Source of the DNA: Candidatus Bathycorpusculum sp.
GTDB lineage: Archaea > Thermoproteota > Bathyarchaeia > Bathyarchaeales > Bathycorpusculaceae
Assembly (NCBI GenBank): GCA_009778385.1
Contig: WRJX01000100.1
Coordinates: 2,802-66,801 of the forward strand
Length of the DNA: 64,000 bases
Direction of reading: 5' to 3'
The first letter of the stretch is position 1. Each line of letters starts with the position of its first letter. Below, in pieces: positions 57,792 through 64,000 of the stretch. A program made the position numbers and the translations under genes. The notes beneath the pieces were generated by a model. That model was not told where the DNA came from and did not search any database. It saw nothing but the letters and a program-made list of their open reading frames with translations.

Positions 57792-57864
57792 CTACCTTTT
57801 TTAATGAACAAGTACACAAGTTGTTATAAATAACAGGTTTAGATGAGAGGGGCGCAGAAAACAC

Positions 57865-58524
57865 TTGGTACTTCCTTCAGAAACAGAAGAGCGCGTAAAA
57901 CGTAGAGCGCTAAATGCATGTTCAGATAATTTACGTAAAGTTGTAGATGTTTCCAGAAAAATTCCGCAATTAGTTGAATACTTTGCAGCTGGTGATAAGG
58001 ATAACGCAAGAAAACTCTTAACAGAAGTACGTGCCGGTGAGGAAGAGGTCATCACGTCACGTAGAATGGTAAGTCAGGAGCTTGCTGAAATAGGTGCAAT
58101 TCTCATCAGCAGAGAAGATTTTCTAAGGTTTACAAATCTTTCAAGTGAAATAGCTGACTTTTCCGAAGGTATTGCTTTCTATCTGATAGAAATCATGGAG
58201 CATAACTGGGTTGTATCTACAGACATTAAAAGTGACCTAATAAAATTGTCCTCCGCAGTTCTTGATTCAGTTCTCAAGTTACGTGAAACTATGATGGTTC
58301 TAAATTATGGGTCACAAAAAACCTTGGAGCGAGCTAAAGACGTAGAGATTGCCGAGCGTATAGTAGATAGTCAATACCGTGCGTTAACTATTAAAATTTT
58401 AAGCAGTAAACTTGACACTCCGGTGCTGTTTTTGCTCCGAGATGTTTTGCAATTGCTTGAAAACTCTGCTGATAAAGCCGAAGATGCCGCAGACACTGCA
58501 CGCATGTTGTCAATGGTAATGTAA
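57865..58524 (+). CDS. DUF47/PhoU-like helical protein
   Basis: All-helical, ~219 aa, with a pattern like TIGR00153-type proteins (EEEVITSRRMVSQEL ... SREDFLRF ... ADKAEDAAD). Start uncertain: TTG 57865, with an out-of-frame ATG at 57843. Confidence 0.6.
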   Translation: MVLPSETEERVKRRALNACSDNLRKVVDVSRKIPQLVEYFAAGDKDNARKLLTEVRAGEEEVITSRRMVSQELAEIGAILISREDFLRFTNLSSEIADFSEGIAFYLIEIMEHNWVVSTDIKSDLIKLSSAVLDSVLKLRETMMVLNYGSQKTLERAKDVEIAERIVDSQYRALTIKILSSKLDTPVLFLLRDVLQLLENSADKAEDAADTARMLSMVM

Positions 58525-58526
58525 AA

Positions 58527-59093
58527 TTGGCGCAAAGCCTTGGAAACCAAAAGATCAAAGTTGAACTGATAGATAACTTTCTAATTGTTTGGAATCCCAC
58601 CGAAGGCTCCTCTCTTTACAAAACAGCCTATTACGGTAAACCCATAGGTATAGCAAAACCCAAAATTCCCGAATTTGATGAACCCCTAATTTTGGATCTG
58701 ATGGAAGGTTTCTATCTTGCAGAGACGGGGAAAATTGAGATTACCGAAAATCAAACTCCTGTAAGTCTTGAGGTGCTAAGAAAGAAAGCTCTACAGCTCT
58801 ATGAAGAATTTGAGGATAAATACGCAGTTTATCGTGACTTACGCACAAATGGCCTAATTGTCATGCCGGGAATAAAGTTTGGTTGTGACTTTGCTGTTTA
58901 CAAATACGGCCCCGGCATGGAGCATGCGCCCTATATGGTTTCTGTAAAGCCACAAGGTAGCACAATTTCAGCAACAGAAATAGTGAAAGCCGGAAGATTA
59001 GCAACAACCGTACGTAAACGTTTCATAATTGCAGTGCCTGATAAAAAAGAAGAAAAAACAAAATATCTAATTTTTAAATGGTTTAAAGCTTAA
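58527..59093 (+). CDS. endA: tRNA-splicing endonuclease subunit
   Basis: The C-terminal catalytic domain YAVYRDLRTNGLIVMPGIKFGCDFAVYKYG ... HAPYMVSV ... RLATTVRKRFIIAV matches EndA. Starts 2 nt after the preceding stop. Confidence 0.8.
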   Translation: MAQSLGNQKIKVELIDNFLIVWNPTEGSSLYKTAYYGKPIGIAKPKIPEFDEPLILDLMEGFYLAETGKIEITENQTPVSLEVLRKKALQLYEEFEDKYAVYRDLRTNGLIVMPGIKFGCDFAVYKYGPGMEHAPYMVSVKPQGSTISATEIVKAGRLATTVRKRFIIAVPDKKEEKTKYLIFKWFKA

Positions 59094-59099
59094 TGCTGT

Positions 59100-60404
59100 T
59101 TAATTGGTCATTAAAGTTTGGTTTATGAATTCGCCTCTGACTTTTTGATGCGGATAAACCTTTGACGTGGAAAGTACACAGCCCTCTTTTATGATTACAT
59201 CATCAGCTATAACTGATATGTCAGAGATTTTTGTTGGATTCCTCTGACTTGAACAAACAGCTACATGTCTACCAATTATACTATCTGTTACCTCTGCATA
59301 ATCACCAATTATTGCCCGATCCATAACTGCTGTATTGCTAATCACCGCGTTTTTGCCAACACGCGTAAAATTATCTATACAACAATTGTTTAAAGTTGCT
59401 CCATCCTCTATTTGGCAGTGACGGCCAATCAAAACGGCACCGCTGACGTTAATTTTTTTCTGTTTGATTCTTTGTATGGTTTGTTTACGGCATTTTTCAG
59501 AGTCATTACTGTCTCCTTGTACCCAAACAAGACAGTCGGAGTCAAGGTCTAAGCGTTCATCAAAATTGCTTATCATTGGAACGCCATTATGTAGCAGGTT
59601 TTTCATAGCCTCTAAATAGTTTTTAGGTGTGCCTACGTCAAACCAGCTGCCTTTAAGTGTGTAACCATAAACCGGATATCCTGACTGGATAACATAGGGA
59701 ATAAAGTCATATCCGAAGTCTAGGCGGTTTTTGTCTTTAATTATTTGTTGTATGCCTTTTTCTTTGAATATTTTTCTAACTTCAGGTGAAATAACATACA
59801 AACCCGTATTTGCAAGATTACTAGGCGCATCCTTGGGTAAGGGTTTTTCAACAAAACTATTGATTTTACCGTTTTTATCAATGTCTGCAATACCTAAACC
59901 CTCAACATTATCAACTTCTCGAAGAACTATTGTTAATGCTGCCTCTTTTTCATTATGAAAATCTGTTAGGTTTTTGATTTTAACATCAAAAATGTTATCC
60001 CCCTGCACTGCAAATATGGGATTTCTTAGGTTGTAATATTCCATGTTAATTCTTGCCGAGTCCGCACTACCTAAATCCTCAACATTAGGCTGATATTTAA
60101 TATGTAAACGTGGTTTAATGTTATAGCGTGCGCTAAAACCATACCCTGACTCAAAATAATCATAAAGATCTCTATAGTTAGTATAGCCCTTTACACCAAA
60201 AATTATGTTTCTAACTCCCTGTGAGGCTAAAGAGAGCAGCGAAAATTCTACAAGCGGCCTATTTAACAGACGCAGACAAGCCTTACTTGTTTCAGCTGTT
60301 AACGGCAACAACCGTGTAGCTTTTCCACCTACTGGAATAATAGCCCGAAGTTTTTCCGGAGCATACCCGTCTCCTCCTACTAATGGCGCATAGTTGTCAC
60401 CCAA
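59100..60404 (-). CDS. sugar-phosphate nucleotidyltransferase with C-terminal left-handed beta-helix
   Basis: N-terminal AIIPVGGKATRLLPLTAETSKACL and C-terminal hexapeptide repeats (IGRHCQIEDGATLNNCCIDNFTRVGKNAVI). Confidence 0.8.
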   Translation of the reverse strand: MGDNYAPLVGGDGYAPEKLRAIIPVGGKATRLLPLTAETSKACLRLLNRPLVEFSLLSLASQGVRNIIFGVKGYTNYRDLYDYFESGYGFSARYNIKPRLHIKYQPNVEDLGSADSARINMEYYNLRNPIFAVQGDNIFDVKIKNLTDFHNEKEAALTIVLREVDNVEGLGIADIDKNGKINSFVEKPLPKDAPSNLANTGLYVISPEVRKIFKEKGIQQIIKDKNRLDFGYDFIPYVIQSGYPVYGYTLKGSWFDVGTPKNYLEAMKNLLHNGVPMISNFDERLDLDSDCLVWVQGDSNDSEKCRKQTIQRIKQKKINVSGAVLIGRHCQIEDGATLNNCCIDNFTRVGKNAVISNTAVMDRAIIGDYAEVTDSIIGRHVAVCSSQRNPTKISDISVIADDVIIKEGCVLSTSKVYPHQKVRGEFINQTLMTN

Positions 60405-60757
60405 AACCTTTCACCAATAACTTGCAATACACAATAGGCACAAACAGACTTTTTAAAACTATCCTAACGCACATTATTGAAACTCTCCTTCCACAACAAA
60501 GACAACCACAAAACACAAGCCTACACTCATAATAACACAAACCAGAAAATTATATTATCTTAATTTTGTCCTATAGATATGACTCTTTTTTAAGTATATA
60601 TTTACCTCCATGTAAGCACACATACCTTTTACCACCCCTTTTCTACAGTAACCCTAAATTTGACTAAAAACAAATAGTCATAAAACTATGCGTGTTTCCG
60701 TTGGAATTTTTATAACTAACCTTATCAACTACGAAGATAACAGTAAGAAGAAGCAGC

Positions 60758-61627
60758 ATGAATAAACTTGGCGGATTTGTAAAATTAATACGGCCAGTCA
60801 ACTGTGTAATGATGGGCTTTGCAGTATTTGTAGGCGCCTTTCTAGCATATCCACAGCTTGGTCTTAACTGGTTTAATATTTTATGTGGGTTTCTAACAGG
60901 TTTTACTTTTTGTGCAGCTGCTATGGTAATTAATGATTACTATGACCGTAAAATAGATGCTATAAACGAGCCTCAAAGACCCATTCCAAGTGGCATAGTG
61001 AAACCAAAAGAAGCATTAATGTTCATGACTGGTCTAATAATTGTAGGTTTTGCGTTTTCACTTCTGGCGGCGCCTTATGGTTTGCTTTGTTTTGTTGTTG
61101 CTGCCGCCTCTTTAGTGATAACGGCAACATACCTAACAGTAGGTAAACGTAGCGGTTTACCCGGTAACTTTTTGGTAAGTGCCTGTGTAGCCATACCCTT
61201 CATATACGGTAGTATAACGGCTATTGGAACTGTGGGCATAAATGTTGTGTTGTTTGCGTCTATGGCGTTTCTTTCAAATACAGGCAGAGAAATCACAAAA
61301 GGTATCGTAGACATAAAAGGCGACAGCTCTGAGGGCGTAAAAACCCTCGCGGTACGTTTCGGGGAAAAAACTGCGGCAGTTTTAGCAGTTGGCTTTTTCA
61401 TGTTTGCAGTAGCTTTAACTCCAGTTACATGGTTTTTAGGAATAGTAGGTATTCTGTTTGTACCTATAGTCCTTGTTACTGACATAGGACTAATAGTGTG
61501 CTCTGCACTTTTGCTTCTGAACACCTCACGCGAAAAAGCCCGAAAAATCAAAAACATAGTATTACTGCTATTCCTAGTTGGCTTATTAGCTTACCTTTTT
61601 GGTGCATTATCTCTTAGTTTATTCTGA
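60758..61627 (+). CDS. UbiA-family prenyltransferase, digeranylgeranylglyceryl phosphate synthase-like
   Basis: NDYYDRKIDAINEPQRPIPSG first Asp-rich motif, second motif region KGIVDIKGD, about 8-9 TM helices. Confidence 0.85.
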   Translation: MNKLGGFVKLIRPVNCVMMGFAVFVGAFLAYPQLGLNWFNILCGFLTGFTFCAAAMVINDYYDRKIDAINEPQRPIPSGIVKPKEALMFMTGLIIVGFAFSLLAAPYGLLCFVVAAASLVITATYLTVGKRSGLPGNFLVSACVAIPFIYGSITAIGTVGINVVLFASMAFLSNTGREITKGIVDIKGDSSEGVKTLAVRFGEKTAAVLAVGFFMFAVALTPVTWFLGIVGILFVPIVLVTDIGLIVCSALLLLNTSREKARKIKNIVLLLFLVGLLAYLFGALSLSLF

Positions 61628-61662
61628 ACACTTTTATTTTTGTGTTTAATGTTATTGTGATT

Positions 61663-61726
61663 GCCGAATGATGAGAAGGCATTAAATTGACTAAATTGGA
61701 TGAAAATTCAGAGTTACTCTGACGGT
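61663..61726 (+). ncRNA. candidate C/D-box sRNA (2'-O-methylation guide)
   Basis: C box AUGAUGA 61668-74; 12 nt; D' UUGA 61687-90; degenerate C' AUGAAAA 61700-06; 12 nt; D box CUGA 61719-22. Terminal stem GCCG (61663-66) / CGGU (61723-26). TATA-like TTTAATGTTATT lies ~20 nt upstream. Confidence 0.45.
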
Positions 61727-61729
61727 AAC

Positions 61730-61783
61730 GTCCGAGAAACTATGAATAGTGTGCGGTTACATGCTGTTTATAGTTTCTCGGAC
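61730..61783. repeat. perfect 14-bp inverted repeat with 26-nt spacer
   Basis: GTCCGAGAAACTAT (61730-61743) and ATAGTTTCTCGGAC (61770-61783). Confidence 0.7.
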
Positions 61784-62040
61784 AAAAACAGGTAAATCAA
61801 ATGAACAATGCGTAAATTCACACGTGACTGGATAGAAAAATGTTCCTAAATCACTAAAATATGCACCAACGAATGTACCCTGCGAGCGGTACTGTGCGAA
61901 CGTCCGATGGTTTACTCAGCTCGTTGTGCTGATCGCTCCGTTCTGCGCAATGTAGGCAAGAATACGTTTACGGTCTTTGTTATCGTTTAGGTTATCGCAA
62001 AATTTAGTTATCGTTCACTTCTTTGAACGATAAATTGAGT

Positions 62041-62251
62041 GGCACTATGGTTTTGAAGATGACTCTGTCTACAGTTCAGAGCAGTTTGTTATTCTTTCAT
62101 TATTGTCCAAATTTAGTTTTACCTTGTCATATGGCAACGTAAATAGTGTTGAACCAAAGAATCAAATTTTGAGGTGTGACATGCAAAATCCTGATTATTT
62201 GTTAGATCGCTTATGTCGTAACAATGGTCCATGCCTTATCGTAAAACGCTA
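62041..62251 (+). pseudogene. decayed fragment homologous to the C-terminal part of the 63332-63904 gene
   Basis: 62131-62207 aligns by eye at roughly 85% identity with 63684-63760 (VEPKNQILRCDMQNPDYLLD vs VETKNQILMCVMQNPDYSLD). Upstream similarity is weaker and interrupted by stops. Confidence 0.45.
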
Positions 62252-62254
62252 ATG

Positions 62255-63113
62255 CTAATAGTTTTTGTCGTTACTGTTATTCTCTTTTAAAGGAAGTTGC
62301 CCGAATTTTTTTGCATTCAATTTGCTGATAACTGATTTACCGGTGCTTTTCTCAATCTGTTGACGAGCTGCTTTAGCTGCTTTTGCCCCTTCTTTAGCTA
62401 CCACTGCGCTCTTACGAAAGCCCTTAGGTTGCCGTACAATCGATATATCAGTTGCAGCAACTTCAGCAAGCATATTTAACACCAACTCTGTATTTGTCAT
62501 GTTATCCCTAAGACTTTCAGTTTTTAGCCCTTTATGTTTTTTATATTCACGAGTAGTCATACCACTCCATGTTTTGCTCATCAAATCAGTAAGCACTGCA
62601 TACTCTTGACCCTGACTAACACCACTCTCATCCCATTGGTCGGTTAGGGCTTTACGAACCTCAATAGACTTGATACGTTGATTTATCCAATTTTCACTAT
62701 AACCCAAACGACGATAACTCTATCGCACGATCAATAGACTGCTCAGGATCCACAGCCTCATCAATATGCTCACGACCAACTTGAGCCATCCACAATTTAA
62801 AGGGTTCAGCTTTTGGCGAGGGTATGGATTGAATTAAGCGTAAAAGTTGTTCAGTATCCATTACGTCAGCATTGTATTTTTTTCCATCTGCGGCAACTAA
62901 TTTCAGTTGGTTAGTATTACTAACCAACTCACTGCCCTCATTAACCAACTTGTTTTTTAGCCACTTCCAATAATTACGCACCTTTTTATAATCAGCTTGA
63001 TCAGTCAAAATACCAATTACATCTAATACTGAAAACCACCATTTTTCAGCAGTTTCATCCCATACTGCACGAACCTGTTTTTCTTCAGAGTTTAATTTTA
63101 TCTTTAGACACGA
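62255..63113 (-). pseudogene. Bro-N-type (phage/defence-island associated) gene with two frame disruptions
   Basis: Family signatures WWFSVLDVIGILT, IQSIPSPKAEPFKLWMAQVG, LGYSENWINQRIKSIEVRKALTDQW, LRDNMTNTEL. The frame breaks near 62700 (DRAIEL / SYRRLGYSENW). The N-terminal GTG (MSKDKIKL, 63112) is out of frame with the body. Confidence 0.7.
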
Positions 63114-63331
63114 TTATTCAACAGCCCCCTCTCGGTTATAATGTTCGAATTATCGAACGTTTTTCCAGCTTATCCACTAAAATAATTTGATAAGCCTGAT
63201 CGTGTATTTTTTCTTTTCGAAGAACATAGAGGTTTTTCCTCTGATTGGTTTGATTTCTGTTTCTTGATAAATCGCGTGTCGAGAACAAGACGTTTGCAAA
63301 TTTTACTCCAAAAGCAAGACTTGAACAAAGT

Positions 63332-63904
63332 ATGGTGGATGAAACGGCGTTAAGAGAAGCTTTCATAAATGCTATTGTGCATAATGATTATAGTCGTGAG
63401 GTGCCTCCGGTGGTTGAGATTTTCTCTGACCGACTTACTATTACTTCTTATGGGGGTTTGCCGGCGGGGTTGAGTCGTGAGAATTTTTTCCGTTGTCGTT
63501 CTATGCCGCGTAATCGTGAGCTTATGCGTGTGTTTAAGGATGTTGGACTTGTGGAACAGTTGGGTTCTGGTATGGGCCGTATTTTAGAAGCTTATGATTC
63601 GTCTATATTTACGTTTGAGGATGAGTTTTTGATTGTGACGTTTCCGTTTGCTGAGGGTTTTACAGTGCCAAATGGCACTGTAAATGGCACTGTAAATGGT
63701 GTTGAGACAAAGAATCAGATTTTGATGTGTGTCATGCAAAATCCGGATTATTCGTTAGATAAGATTGCTGAAAAGACTGGTTATTCAAGGCGGACGGTAG
63801 TGCGTCAAATGAAATTACTTCAAGAAGTTGGGTCTATAAAACGTGTGGGTTCACCAAAGACAGGATATTGGGAAGTAATACAACAGGCAGACAGTGATAA
63901 GTAA
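63332..63904 (+). pseudogene. 5'-truncated AlbA_2/HATPase_c_4-type putative DNA-binding ATPase (C-terminal half plus wHTH only)
   Basis: ALREAFINAIVHNDY, RNRELMRVFKDVGLVEQLGSGMGRI and a C-terminal wHTH (LDKIAEKTGYSRRTVVRQMKLLQEVG). The frame is closed by TGA ~80 nt upstream, so the N-terminal AlbA_2 domain is absent. It could still be expressed from Met 63332. Confidence 0.6.
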
Positions 63905-63953
63905 CCTTATTCATTTGTTTAAGTGGTAAAACCTCAACAATATGGAACTCGTT

Positions 63954-63980
63954 AATTGTGTCGCGGGTGGCGACACAATT
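63954..63980. repeat. perfect 11-bp stem hairpin
   Basis: AATTGTGTCGC-gggtg-GCGACACAATT, 50 nt after the stop at 63904. Confidence 0.7.
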
Positions 63981-64000
63981 CAGAATGTAGTTAGCTGAAC

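Noticed and set aside
57843-57867. An out-of-frame ATG (57843, MRGAQKT…) upstream of the DUF47-like gene as evidence of a frameshift at the A4 run
   Set aside because: TTG 57865 gives a plausible full-length protein, and the short upstream peptide has no family-specific content. The evidence is insufficient.
63136-63366. 76-aa minus-strand ORF between the Bro-N pseudogene and the truncated ATPase-like gene
   Set aside because: It overlaps the upstream, still-recognisable reading frame of the truncated + strand gene and has no family signal. It is probably spurious.
1-64000. Search for tRNA, rRNA, RNase P/SRP RNA, CRISPR arrays, transposases and integrases
   Set aside because: I found no T-loop-type GTTCRAATC motif with an appropriate acceptor context in any spacer. 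I also found no regularly spaced direct repeats and no DDE/tyrosine-recombinase-like ORF. Absence is by eye only and should be confirmed with tRNAscan-SE, Infernal and CRISPR finders.

Overview
AT-rich archaeal chromosomal segment, densely coding on both strands, with about 57 protein genes recognised. Most are housekeeping. Archaeal hallmarks are aEF-2, TFS, a CdvB/ESCRT-III homologue, archaeosine tRNA-guanine transglycosylase, tRNA-splicing endonuclease, an OB-fold SSB with an RGG tail, DGGGP synthase and geranylgeranyl reductase. Other conserved genes include GlnA, HisRS, GlyRS, GTP-PEPCK, malic enzyme, TrmI, a Nop2/Sun methyltransferase with a NIP7-like PUA protein, a presenilin-type protease and an NfeD-SPFH pair. 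There is also a methanopterin-type pterin operon (DUF447, beta-RFAP synthase, DHPS-like), an Isf-AfpA flavoprotein pair and a PfkB-GlmM-GlmU sugar-nucleotide operon. Lineage cannot be assigned from sequence alone; a TACK-like archaeon is plausible. Two patches look accessory. (i) 28.5-35.1 kb holds five consecutive same-strand genes for secreted, C-terminally membrane-anchored proteins (Kelch propeller, Tyr/Gly-rich protein, a broken gene, a PQQ-like propeller). They carry two to three apparent -1 frame lesions at short A-runs and one in-frame TAG that separates an ectodomain from its membrane anchor. A diverged paralogue of the large propeller protein lies at 52.1-54.7 kb, directly followed by a membrane-anchored glutaminyl cyclase, and both paralogues are predicted to mature to an N-terminal Gln. 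(ii) 61.6-64 kb is a patch of decayed genes: two partial copies of an AlbA_2/HATPase_c_4-type gene, a doubly frameshifted Bro-N-type gene and perfect inverted repeats. Two candidate RNAs are proposed: a C/D-box sRNA at 61663-61726 and a roughly 120-nt structured GC-rich element at 18284-18406. Strand-asymmetric G+T-rich, almost C-free tracts recur in intergenic regions. I recognised no rRNA, tRNA, CRISPR array, transposase or integrase by eye. All family calls rest on motif recognition without database searches. I cannot say whether the surface-protein patch is a genuinely new system, but it is my best candidate.
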